Below are positions 38,676 through 51,070 of a stretch of DNA of 64,000 nt, piece by piece. How positions within the stretch are numbered: the first letter of the stretch is position 1; every line of letters starts with the position of its first letter. The notes under the pieces are model-generated. The model saw nothing but the letters and a program-made list of their open reading frames with translations, had not been told where the DNA came from and made no database searches. Source of the DNA: Blasia pusilla (taxonomy: Eukaryota); the NCBI GenBank assembly GCA_050084515.1, contig CM114271.1, forward strand, positions 40,982,001-41,046,000, given 5' to 3'. Both the position numbers and the translations under genes were made by a program.

Positions 38676-40895
38676 TTTGAGTCTTGGTATGGCCGAGCAG
38701 CGTCGACTTCGGACTATGTCTATGGGTCTTCCACCCCTTGTGATGAGCTCGATGGCTACGAGGACTATAGAGACATCGGCTGAGGGCAAGGAGAATAGTA
38801 TTTTGCATCCTTGGAGTAAATGGGATGTAATGGCTGGGCATGTGGAGTTGGTTGCTCATGCTGGTGGAGGAGTTATTTGCTTAGATGATGGTGTAGCTAA
38901 GGGTGTACCATCTTCTGAGGGGGTTGCATAGTAGCCAATGGCGTCATCCTCTCCCTTTAGTGTGCCAGTGGAGGAGACTTGGGAGCCATTACTTGGGCCT
39001 AAGCTTAGGGGAGGTGAGAAACGACGCTTGACACAGTTCCTACGTGCTTATAGGAGTTGTTTTGCCTTTAGCATGAAGGAGTTGGGTGCTTTGGTTGGAC
39101 CCGGTATACGGATTGATTTGGCTAGTGATTCGCCAATCTTCCGTCGTCCCTACCGATATAGTGATATGGAGAGGGACCTGATTCAAAGTAGGACGTTGGA
39201 CCTTTTGGAGGCTGGATAAGTGGAGTTTTCGCATGGAGAGTATGCATCAGCCACTGTCATGCCTGCTAAAAAGGATGTGCATGGCAACTACACGGATAGG
39301 CGGGTGTGTGGAGATTACCGTCCTATCAATCGGCATACCAAGGCCGATAGGTATGCCATGCCTACACTTGAGGAGATCTTTGATCTGGGACAGGCAAAGG
39401 TTTTCAGAACTTTGGATCTTCAGACAAGATACCATCAGTTGCCCATTCGAGAGAGTGACAAGGCCAAGACAGCATTTTGGGATGTCAACTCTCATGGCAA
39501 GGATTGTTTGTACTAGTGGAAATTCTTACCCTTTGGGTTGAAAAATGCACCTGCCGAGTTTCAAAGAGTGATGGACAGGATCCTAGCAGGGTTGGATTTT
39601 GTTCGGTGTTACATTGATGATATCTTGGTGTTCAGTGATATGGTGGAGGAGCATCAGATACATTTGCAGATTATGTTTGAGCGGCTGAAAGCTCATGGTC
39701 TACGTTTGCACCCAGGAAAGTGTAAGTTCTTCCATGAGGATGTTGAGTACTTGAGTCATGTGATCTATCAAGGTGGTTTGGGAGTTCAGCAAGCAAAGGT
39801 GGAGGCTACTGCACTTATTCCTCGTCCGGTAGATGTGAGTAGAGTTTGAGCATTCATGGGATTGGCGAACTACTATCGGAGGTATATGAAGGGATTTAGT
39901 CCTATGGCAAAGCCTTTGAACCTATTGCTGAAATTAGATCAGGATTGGCACAAGGGAGATGATTAGGAGAGAGCTTTTGTGGAGCTCAAGGCCCAGTTGG
40001 TGGCGGCGCCTATCTTGAGGAGACCTATCAGAGGGCGCCCATTTCAGTTACACATTGATTGGAGTAGGTTGGGACTTGGAGCGGTGTTGACACAACATGA
40101 TGATGAGCACATGGTTTTTGTGGTGGCCTATGCAAGTTGTTTGAATAATGCAGCGGAGTTGCGCTATAGTTCATATGAGGGAGAGTGCTTGGCAGTAGTG
40201 TGGGTTGTGGCACACTTTAGGTGTTACTTGTTTGGCACAGTTTACCCTTATTCTCGATCACCAGCCGCTCAAGTGGTTGATGGAGTCTAACAAGCTTACA
40301 GGGAAGCTTGCACGGTGGGCTCTTATCTTACAGGAGTATGACTTCCAGGTGGTACATAGACCGTGAGTTGCCAACCTTGATGCTGATGGATTGAGTAGGA
40401 ACCCATGTACTAGCCAAGAGGATGCAACTGGGGCTAGATGGCATGGCGAGGTTGATGAGGAGATAGTGCCAAGTTGGCATGCATCTGCCTTTTTATGTTG
40501 GTTAGGGGTGGACTCTAGTATGGAGGACCACATGACATCTTACTCTAGTCATACGGTAGATGGCCAGCCTTCAGATCCTAAGGTTGGAGATGGTGGTATA
40601 GATCAGCATGATATTCATGATAATGCGTTGGTGTTGGAGTTTCTACAGACCAGTAGGGTGCCAGACATAGTGAGTGCCAAGGAGCGAGACCGTGTTCTTC
40701 AACGTGCTAAGAGGTATCAATTGGAGGGAACACATATTCCCCATGTATGGGAGGATGGTAGAGTACGAGTAGTGCCGCATTTGGCTCAAAGAAAGCGCAT
40801 TGTGCGACATACCCATGAGGAGTTGGGACATTTTGGGGTAAAGCGTACGTATAGCTTACTTCTTGGTCATTTAGTGCGTTTATTGGTGGCGTGGC

Positions 40896-42044
40896 ATGCA
40901 TACTCACGTGCAACAGTTGGTTTGTGACCGGGTGAGTGGCCCTACACCACAGTTACACCCCTTGCCTATTATGGGGTTGGGTTACCGTTGGAGTGTGGAC
41001 TTTGCGGTACCGTTACCGTTGACTGTACGACATCATCGATATGTGTTGGTGATAGTGGAGCACTTAACCAAGTGGATTGAGTTGGTGGCATTATCTGACA
41101 AGGTAAGTGAGGGAACGGCGTATGCGTTTCTTGATAGAGTGCTTAGTCATTTTGGTGCACCAGCTGAAGCGCTAACCGACCAGGGTACAAAGTTTCAGGG
41201 TGAGTTTCAGGTCTTGTGTGACAAGGCCTTGATTGATCATCGGACCACGTCTCGAGATCATGCAGAGGCGGAGGGTTTGGCTGAGCGTGTGGTTCAGACG
41301 GTGAAGAGGGCATTGCGCAAGTATGGCCTACAGAATGGGTATCTTGGAGACTGGGATATTCAGTTGCCATGGTTAGCCATGGTTAGCCATGGGTATAGGT
41401 TCAATCGCCAAGCATCCTTGGTTTCCTTCTCACCTTATTTTCTATTATACGGCCGAGATCTAGACTTGCCAACACCAATTCATCGGGAGTCTATTGAGTT
41501 GGTGAACCTTGATGACCTAGAGATGTGGATGATAGTGTGTTCTCACCGGGCAGAGCTCTTACGGAGAGTTATGCCAACAACCTTTGAGAATCTTGCCATT
41601 GCTCAACAAAGGGATACGTTGCGGTATGCAACCATTCAGGGTGGAGGTTATCGACCATCGATTTGTAGGTTCCATGTGGGGGACTATGCCTATTTGCAAC
41701 AGATTGCACCGACAACGTTGGATGTGACGGCAGGCCGCACTATTTTACGAGTGCGCGAGGTGTTAGCTTCTGGAGTTCTCATGTTGGAGGGTCATGATGG
41801 AGTTGTTTGGAAGGACCATGTGCGTAATTGTGCGGCATGTCATCTTCCAAATGTGGATGGTAGTATTGACCCAAGCTTAGCCATGATACGTGCTAGCTTG
41901 AGGTGCATGTTGTGTAGGTCTGCTGGTAACGCGGCCCGTATGTTGGTGTGTGATCGTTGTTCTAGGGGTTGGCACATGATGTGTTTGACTCCACGTATGG
42001 ATGTTGTTCCTACAGGAAGGTGGGTTTGTCCTCGATGTACTTAG
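40896..42044 (+). CDS. Gypsy DDE integrase core with C-terminal PHD finger (open segment of copy B pol)
   Basis: WSVDFA...LTDQG...GLAERVVQTVK (D,D,E). Ends in CMLC...MLVCDRCSRGWHMMCLTP..VPTGRWVCPRC, a C4HC3 pattern. Confidence 0.88.
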   Translation: MHTHVQQLVCDRVSGPTPQLHPLPIMGLGYRWSVDFAVPLPLTVRHHRYVLVIVEHLTKWIELVALSDKVSEGTAYAFLDRVLSHFGAPAEALTDQGTKFQGEFQVLCDKALIDHRTTSRDHAEAEGLAERVVQTVKRALRKYGLQNGYLGDWDIQLPWLAMVSHGYRFNRQASLVSFSPYFLLYGRDLDLPTPIHRESIELVNLDDLEMWMIVCSHRAELLRRVMPTTFENLAIAQQRDTLRYATIQGGGYRPSICRFHVGDYAYLQQIAPTTLDVTAGRTILRVREVLASGVLMLEGHDGVVWKDHVRNCAACHLPNVDGSIDPSLAMIRASLRCMLCRSAGNAARMLVCDRCSRGWHMMCLTPRMDVVPTGRWVCPRCT

Positions 42045-42734
42045 GAGAGGTAGATGACTTGATCTTTGCATGATATGGATTACAGATGTGCGACTAACAA
42101 TAGAGCAACCTAGCACCCGGCCTTTTGATTCGTGCACCCACGAAGGTGTGTAGCATGTAGTAGATGTATAGGGCTACCTGGGAGTTAGAGGGACCTAACC
42201 GCCAATTAGGGGGGCGAGTTGTGGTACACTTTTGTTTGTGGATGCTCTCGTCTATGTTATGTATGTATGTGAGTATGGTATGTCATCGATGTGTGTTGTA
42301 TGACGATGTGGATTCGCACGACAACGTAGTCGGGTAAGACCAACGTGGTAGAGGCAAGAGCGGACGTGGTGGGAGCAAGAAGTCGGACGCGGTTCGTTCA
42401 GATTACCAGTTTGAGGGGGCGGCTATGACTGTGTTGAGTTAAGTAGTAGGAGAGCATTTTGAGACTTGGTGTTTCGCGAGCATGGTGGGATTCACAACGG
42501 GAGTTTGGAAGTTATTACGAGTCGGTTGGGGGTTTACTCATAAGTCCTTCACCGACTGGGATTTGCGAGGGTTGTGATGGGGACACACATGTCGATGCCG
42601 ACGGGTAGTTTGCATTCATTGATGGGAGGTTTGACGTGTGTCGAGGAAAGTGTCGTGTTGTGGAGGTTTCCGTACCACTTGGACGAGTGAGGGTTGACGG
42701 TGCCGTAGGTTGGAGGGCGTGATCATGTCACACG

Positions 42735-45700
42735 TGATGAGGCCAAGCCTGAAGATGACTCAACAAACTTGAATGTTCGCGCCCGAAATAAACACGTAAG
42801 ACAAGTAATCCACTACATTTCAATAACGTTCAGTTCGCCAATGGTAGGTCACATTCAAGATGTTGATACTCCAAAGGAGACCTCGGATGCATTGGAGAAG
42901 TTCTTCCAAATATCTACAAAGACCAGAAAGATTCAATTGAAACAGCAATTGAACGAAGTGAGGAAAGGATCGCACATCATCAATGATTATATTTTGAGTA
43001 TCAGACATATTGTTGATCAGTTGAATAGCATTGGAGTGACAGTAGAAGATGATGATCTGATTTTGTTCACTCTTCAAGGCCTTCCAAAGGATTACAAGTC
43101 CTTTGAGACCTCTATCTTTGTAAGAGAGAAGTATCCAACCTTTCAAGAGCTAGTCCCATAGTTAATCAATGGAGAGATGCGCCTAGTAGGTAGCGGTAGC
43201 TCGTCTAGTCTGCAAGAGAGTGCGCTATTCGCTGCTTATGGATGAAACAGAGGTAGGGGTCGTGGCGAAAAATTTTGTGGTTGTGATGGATATTAAGCAT
43301 ATGGAGGAAGAGACACTCAATCAACTACGAACCAGTTCCAGACACAATCACAAGGTGGTGATGGTGGAAACCGTTGGGATCGAGGTCAACAACAAAAGGT
43401 CCCTGGATCTTGCAATTATTGTGTGATAAAGGGTCACTATGCAAAGTTTTGCTTCAAGAAGAAGAAAAATATGAGAATATGAGCAACAACACCAAGAGCA
43501 GTACCAAGAACAACAACATTCACAAATAGAGCATCTCTTGGTCATGACTCATCATATAGGAGTAATGGTCAAGAAAGACTCGACAGCAGATTGGTATATT
43601 GACTCTGGTGCATCAAATGATATGACTTGACAAGCTAAATGGTTTAGTAATTTAGAGCCGGTGAAAGATCCTATAATTGTGCTCACAGGAGGTTACACTC
43701 ACCATCATATCACGCATACCGATAAAGTTCCAATAGCATCAGATGATCTTTGTGCTCCTGGAAATGTTCTCTATGTTCCTACCATTGCAAGAAACCTGAT
43801 CTTTGTAGGACACATAGTAGAAGAGGGTTATCAAGTGAAGTTTAAAGCAGATGGTTATTTCATTGAAACAAAGGATGACAAGACTATGATAGCCAAAGGA
43901 ACTAGATCTGGCAGAATGTTCAGTGTTCCAAACATTCAGAGTTCTAGTAGAGAAGAAGACAAGAGACCACATTCTGAAATTGCGTTGTGAAGGAGGAGGA
44001 GAGTATCTTTCAATAGAGTTTGATGACTATTTACGTCAGAATGGCATCCAACATCAAGTACTCCATAACAAAATAGAGTGGTTGAGAGAAAGAATCGACA
44101 TATTGCTGAAGCGACACGAGCTATGGTGAATGAGAAGAACATGCCTAAGGTGTATTGGGCTGAGGCTCTAGCATATACATTCTTCTTAATCAATCAAACT
44201 CCAACAACAGCAGTTCATGATGAAACTCCATTCGAAGTCTTCACATTTCTCCTTCTTGAAAGTATTTGGTTGTATTTGTTATGCTCATGTTCCTTCTGAG
44301 AGACGTCAGAAAGTAGAGCCCAAGTCTGAAAGATGTATCTTCATTGGCTATGTTGATGGAACTAAGGGATATAAATGCTACATTCCATCCTCTAGGCACC
44401 TTATTATTAGTCGCAATGTTATCTTTGATGAGCTAAAGTGATGGTATGCTCCATCTGAGCCTATTCCACCTCTAAACTCGTCTGTTGAGGGGAGAATATG
44501 AGTGTAAACCAACAGACATTATCTTCAACTACTAGTGCAGGACTAGGAGAGGTCCTAGATTCATCAATTAAATCTGTGAGTCCACGGACATGAAGAGTAC
44601 GTATTTAGTCTGTTGACACTAATCAAAGCTCAAGTCAGGTGTCAGAGGCATCTACCTCTGAATAAAACTTCGTAGATCAAGTAGAGGTACACATCCAGTT
44701 CATAGATTCATAAATGAAGGTTTCCTTGCGTCACATCATGCATATATGATGACTACCCTTCAAGAACAAGAGCCGAGTGGTTTTGAAGAAGCTGCAAGCA
44801 AAGTGGATTGAAGCTATGGAGGAAGAGCTTGCTGCATTATGACATCAACAAACATAGAAGCTCATTGATATACCTTTTGGTAAGAAAGCTATTGGTTGCC
44901 AATGGGTTTACAAAATCAAGCGCAATCAAGATGGTACAATTAACATATACAAAGCAAGATTGATGGCTAAGGGCTATGCACAACAATATGGTGTCGATTA
45001 TGAGGAAAAATTTAGCCCTGTTGCAAAGATGGCGAATGCGAGAACAGTGGTTGTAGTTGCAGTAAGTAAGAAATGGAGATTACATCACATGGACGTAAAA
45101 AATGCCTTCTTGAATGGAGATCTATACGAGGAGGTATATATGACTCAACCACCTTGATACGAGCATCCCAAGTTTCCATTTCGCGTATGTAGGTTGAAGA
45201 AAGCTCTATACAGGCTCAAACAAGCTCCAAGAGCTTGGTATGGCAAGATTACATACGTCCTACAAGAGTTGGGTTTTAGGGTATATGATTTTGACTCCTC
45301 GTTATATGTCTTGAGAGGATAAGATCATACGATTTTCATTGTGTTGTATTGATGATCTCCTGATTACTGGGAGTAGTGAAGAAATTGTATAACAAGTCAA
45401 ACTTAAGTTACAAGCAGAATTTGATATGAAGGACTTGGGAGAACTTAAGTACTTCCTTGGTATTGAGTTTATCAAGGTTGGAGAGAGTGTGAAGCTAAGA
45501 GTGGATGAAAGAGAGTTGCTTGCAGATTCTAATATGTATTGGCGCATGGTTGGAAGTTTGATCTATCTAACTATAACCAGACCATATTTGAGTTATGTTG
45601 TTGGCCTAGTAAGCCAGTTTATGCAAGCACCTCGAAAACCTCACCTTGATGCTGTGAGCAGGATTATGCAGTATGTGAAATTCTCTATTCAATTCAGACT

Positions 45701-46496
45701 TTAATTTGAACCTTCTCCGAGTTTTCAATTACAGGGATTCACAGATGCTAATTGGGCAGGAAGCGTGTCTGATCGACACTCCAAATGTGGTTATTCATTT
45801 ACTTTGGGAAGCGTAGCTATAAGTTGGGCTTCAAGGAAGCAACCTACAATTATTTTATATTCAACAGAGGTTGAGTACAGAGGAGCAACCAATGCAGCAT
45901 GTGAGGCAGTCTGACTTCATTGATTACTTGTTGAGATTGGTGATAGTAACTTAGGACCTAGTGTAATATATGCAGATAATATTAGTAGCATCAAACTAAT
46001 AACCCTGCGTTTCATGCTCGTACAAAGCATCTTGAGATGCACTATCATTTTATTAGAGAGAAAATGCTTGCAGGAGAAATTGATCTTGTGTATGTAGATA
46101 CAGATCAGAAAATTGCTGACATCTTTACAAAGGCATTGTCCAAAGATAAGTTTGAGATGTTTAGAAATGATTTAGCCATTAGAGATATCGATATGAGCTT
46201 GAGGGGGAGTATTGAAGATTGAGTTATAGACAAGCTCATGAGACACTTAAACTGCTATATTTGGTACTCACACGAAGTCAATTAAGCGCGATTATCTTAA
46301 ATAGGGTTAGTTAATCACAATTAGTCTAACTCGAGACTATGGTTAAGGTTAGATTTAGGGTTTCTTATAGATACCCTATATAACTGAGAAGGGGACTAGC
46401 CTCCACTCATTCTCTCATTGCAAATCTCGCTCTCCATGGTGGTGTGTGAGTGTGAGAGCCGTTTCCCACCAGTTATGCTTCTTTAGCACTTTTCCA
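42735..46496 (+). mobile_element. Ty1/Copia retrotransposon, 5'-truncated and decayed
   Basis: UBN2-type gag 42769-43161; CNYCVIKGHYAKFC knuckle; protease WYIDSGASN ~43592; partly deleted integrase (ERKNRHI, KVFGCICYAH); RT (HMDVKNAFLNG, MKDLGELKYFLG); RNase H (ADIFTKAL); PPT GAGGGGGAG 46201-46209; probable 3' LTR ~46210-46496. No 5' LTR or PBS. Confidence 0.88.
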
Positions 46497-46780
46497 TAAT
46501 GGTGAGTCCGAGTGTTGAGTGTGCGTGAGCCCGGGTGTGTCGTCACGGGATTAGCATTAGCGTAGGTGAGCTAGTGAGGAGTGTGGGAAATTCTTGATGA
46601 GTCTGAGTGCTTGAGGAGGTGAGACACAATTGTCATCATGGCGTTCTTCCTCGGTTCAGAAGAACAGGGTAGGACGAAGAGTAGTGGTGGTGTGACACAA
46701 AGTGGAGTGAGATACCTAGGGATTACGAGTGAGGAGCTACTTGGACTTTCATCCGTAGCTGGATCGTCATCATTGGACAC

Positions 46781-48078
46781 TGTAATGTACAAGTGGTTTT
46801 AAAATTGATCTTTTTACAGTAATTTAATGAGTTCGGTCCCCAAGAGGATCACGATTATGTGAAAAGAGAGGTCACGATGTCGTTTATCTTGTGATAGTTG
46901 TGATTAAGTGTGTATAATTCAAATTCAATGACTTATCAATGTCTTTAGATCTCTCTTAGTACCAATATTTCTTTCCTCAATTCTCTCTAGTAGAGTTGAC
47001 ATAACGCTCAGGTAGATCTTCACTCAACTTCAAAGAACCTCACAGAGACCTCAACAAGAAGCTAGCTTCTCCTACTTTCGAAACTCAATCCGTCTAGGCA
47101 GGCTACTCTCTGTCGAACAGATTCTTACAACTCCGTGTTGATTATTTTATTGATGAAAAGGTTCTCTTGATTCACTCTTCACTCTGCAGACCCAATAAGA
47201 ATACTCAGACATATGCATCGCACATCACAATGAAGAAATGAGTGTTTTACTACTCCAGCAAGAATGAGAAAGTTTCAAAAGTGTATACAAACACAAGAGG
47301 GTACTACTCTCTTGTTTGGACCATTCTTACAGCATAAGGACTTCGTGAGAGAATGATGATGATAGCTACTTTCATGCTTCTTAAATATTCTCCGAAGTAG
47401 AAGTGGTTCTAAGGATTTGAAGTGTTCTTGAGGAATCTAGTGTCTCTTCAACATTTGTAACTACCTAGATCTATGGTGCTCTTTTCTTTTCCTATGATTC
47501 GTGTGAATCCGCTCAGCATAACTGTATTAACTTCCTATCTAATACAAAAAGTTGTGCCTCTTCCTAGTCTAACTGTTCTATCAGTATGCCGCTTGAAATC
47601 ACTTCAAGTCTTAGCTTCGCTTCGCTGCGAAGTCTGGACCTCTTTTGCTTCCCTCGAGGACGAAGCTCTTTCTCCTAATCTGAAGACGAAGCACTCCATT
47701 CTTCGCTCTAGTTTTAAGTGCTTCGTGCTTCGTTGAGGAGCGAAGTACTTCTTCCTCTTCTTTTTCATCATGCTTCGTTCAAGAGTGAAGCACTTCATGA
47801 ACAAGTTCTGAAGAGGGCTTCGTTGATTTTTCCAAGCTTTGTTGATTTTTCCAAGCTTCGCTTGGAGTCTTTAGACTTTGTTACTGCATTTCCCTCTTCT
47901 CTAAGGCAAATCCTTGATCTTCCACCTCTCTGCCTTGTCCTAGGAGCTTTGTGATCTCTTTCAATATTACTCATTCTTCTACTACACAACCATAATATCC
48001 AAAATCATTATGTATACACAAGTTTTCTTCTAATAAAAAGCTCTAAATCTTCAAAAGTACAAAATTACGGGTATCACA
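46781..48078. mobile_element. Probable solo LTR (~1.3 kb) inserted in gag of copy C
   Basis: Termini TGTAAT...ATCACA; copy C gag homology stops at 46780 and resumes at 48079; no credible coding. TSD only degenerate (GACAC/AACAA). Confidence 0.6.
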
Positions 48079-50148
48079 AACAACGGGTCTGGTGACGAGA
48101 TTGCAGACGGAGAGTGTCACTTGGGAGGAGATAGACGACATGGGCCTCGAGGCATGCGTCGTTTCTCAGGTGTAACAGGCACCATCGACTTAGATGACTT
48201 CATCCAAGAGTTTGACACCTGGTGCGATTTCCAAGAGATACGGACCCCGACACGGTTCAACCCTTTTATGACATGGAAGGGGTTTTTCTAGCACTTGGAG
48301 GGTCCTCCGATGGATGATTACATGGATTTTTTATCACTGTATTCAGTAGAGATTGATGCTTGGAGGATGTATTGGGCTCCAAGGTATGTGTCCACTAGTG
48401 ATCGTGAGGCATATGATGGGATCGTGACAGGAGAGAGACCCACACCATTAGCCCGGAGACTAGATGGAGAGGAGGGCAGAAAGACAGACGATGTGGCAGA
48501 GACCTCAGTCCCATAGTGGAGTTCTTCTGATAGTTGGGGAAGAGCTACCAAGGCATACGCATCGACAAGTTGAAGAGTCTACAGGATTTTCAACAACGAT
48601 TGGGTGAAAGTCTCAAGGAGGCATTCACACGCATGAAGAGGCTGGTCATTGCTACTTATGGAGTGACTAAGGCGTAGTCAGTCTAGTATTGGTGCGGGGT
48701 TTTGGACCGAGAACTACGGAGGAGAGTCCAAGATGCGGTGTTGATTCACACAGCAAAGCCCACATTGAACGTGGTCTTCGAGTTGTCTGAGCGTATTGAG
48801 CTCAACATGAGTGAGGAGCAGGTAGTGACCACTGGCTTTTCTTGAGAGTCCACGAGCAACGGTAACCCCACAGGTGCCAGAGTGAGCACCAGTACCACGG
48901 GAGCAGGCTAGTGGGCCCAGAGAGCAGGGCAAGTACAGTGAGCCTATGAGGCAATGACTTGTACCTACATATGTTGCCCAGTAGGGACCAATGTTATCTT
49001 GTTCGACATGTGAAGGGGCCCATAGGCAAAGAGATTTCCCACAGCATGGGAGAGGACCACGAGCGCCTCCGATTGCTCAAGAGGCACAAAGGATAGATAG
49101 CCCTAATGTGACCATATTTGTGCCATAAATTTGGTCACACTACGGATAGATGTTTTGACCTTCGTCGAGAAGAATGTCTAGAGGTAGGCGGAGGGTTTAG
49201 GGGCGGTCGTCTTGGAGGAGGTCGAGGAGTTGTTGTTGGATGTGGTGGTAGAGGACCACCACCTTCTAGAGGAGATGAAGTGGGAGCACTAGTGACGGCG
49301 CTTGTCTCGCGCAACGATCAGTTGGAGTAGAGGATTTCTGCCATGACGATGATGCAGGTCAGGGAAGGCATAGAGTCGAGAGTAGCTAGTGTGACTCCAG
49401 CTTCCACCTCTTACCTTGACCCGATGAGGATCTCCCTAGTATGGGGTTTACGTGTAGTGCGGCTTAGGTTGAGGCTGCTGCGGTGGTGACTCGAGGTGCT
49501 GCAAGAGGCACTAAGCCATCGAGAGGTGGAGTTGAGATTGACTCATCGGAGGGGACCGATGGACGGCAGACCACGGTTCCATAGTCGTTCACGTTGTCAA
49601 AGGCACTACACACACCATTCATGGTGCATCAACGACCAGTGGTGCCTTCAAGTCAGGCAGGTGCATCGACATAGCGAGGAGTTGGAGTGGCGGCTCCTAT
49701 GCCGACTCGAGTGGAGTCTGTGTCGACCATAGTGTTGGAAGTGGCCACGAGGGTGAGTCAGGCTCCGTTATTCTCCGCCATAGAGTTGGCGACATTGGGA
49801 GTTGGACCAGTTGAGGTGTTCTAGCTAACCGCCACGTTGTGTGAACGTGGAGAGGTGAGTTCACACAACTCTCATTCAAAGGTAGTTGAGGAGGTGGTGG
49901 ACTTGCTTGGAATAGGTGCTCGGGACGTCCCCCACAAAGTCATGGCATGCGGCAGCGACAAAGTTGGTAGATATACCAGCTCGATCCAATCACCTGACCT
50001 GCTACAGAGGAGTGCCGATGACCTCGTGAGGTAGGCGTGGAGTCATGCCTTTATCTCGAAGCAACGAGAGTCAGGTGGCGATCGAGCTCGTGGGGTGGAG
50101 ACGTTGACACCATTGGATACCATAACTGTTGTGTGGTAGTATCCAGAG

Positions 50149-51070
50149 GAGGGTGTTAGGGGGTTACATCTCTTCAGAGGGATTAGCACCGGATTAGTTG
50201 CGGTGTTGCAAGTGAGCATATGGGTGAGATGAGACCGCACGGTGAGTATCATTACGTCATGTGGCGAGATTGGTCCAGAGGTATCCTGAGTTGTTGCCGG
50301 TATCTGCAATACGGGGGTATGAGCATACACTACCCGCCGACATCCCTTTGGTGGGGGCACAGGATCAAGATAGGGTTGGCACCATTCATTTGGTGATTTC
50401 TGGAAGGCCATATTAGGGTCATTCATCAGCTGGCGGAGTGTTTGGATTGCAGGATCCGAGGTCAGGGATGTTTTGGGAGATGCTACAAGTAGTGCAACAC
50501 TTACACAAGCATCAGACATGTTCTGTTGCGTACATTTTGGAGAACGTGCCGTTGTTGGGAGACACTCGTGCACGTGTGATAACGAGTATGCATCAGGTGA
50601 GGTCCTGGTTAGGACCTGTTGTGTTGTTAGATGCAGCAAGAGTTTGATCACGCGCCCATTATCCACGGCTATGGTGGACGAACTTGATACCATCAGAGGT
50701 ACTAAGTCGAGCATACGATGGAGTTTAGAGAGTACCACATCTCATAGTGGATGCTATTTTGGGCTCATGGCGTCGATCTCAAGTGGTAACGCATGATGAT
50801 AGACCACCGTTGGTGATAGCCAATAGGATGGAGGAGTTGAGGGGAGCCTTATCTACGTTCGTGAGCTTCCCAACATCCCATGCCTTTTTTCAAGGAGGGC
50901 CCAGCATGATTTGGGATGAGGTGACCCGAGCATTGGAGGAGCCTATGGAAAATGAGCGCAAGCACGCCATGGGGTTTGCTAAGGGTACTACGGTTGTGCC
51001 AAGTATGACTGCGGCATCACGGAGAGAGGTGTTGGGGCATGCGATGGATCTCAACTATCTCATATGGATA
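50149..51070 (+). pseudogene. DNMT3-like domain, copy C (disrupted)
   Basis: I GVRGLHLFRGISTG; IV LVISGRPY*G...DPRSGMFWEM; VI AYILENVP; VIII AHYPRLWWTNL; IX/X EPMENERKHAMGF...RREVLGHAMDLN. Confidence 0.88.

Larger units (their letters stand above)
33475..42730 (+). mobile_element. Copy B: best-preserved DNMT-PHD Gypsy element (ends approximate; 3' end truncated)
   Basis: gag ~35483-36594; knuckles CWTCRGDHVRRFC and CDHCRRPRHPRERC; protease LLDSGAQP ~37025; DNMT 37754-38675; RT YIDD ~39610; RNase H; integrase+PHD ORF 40896-42044; PPT 42208-42217; repeat A 42220-42320. Confidence 0.85.
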
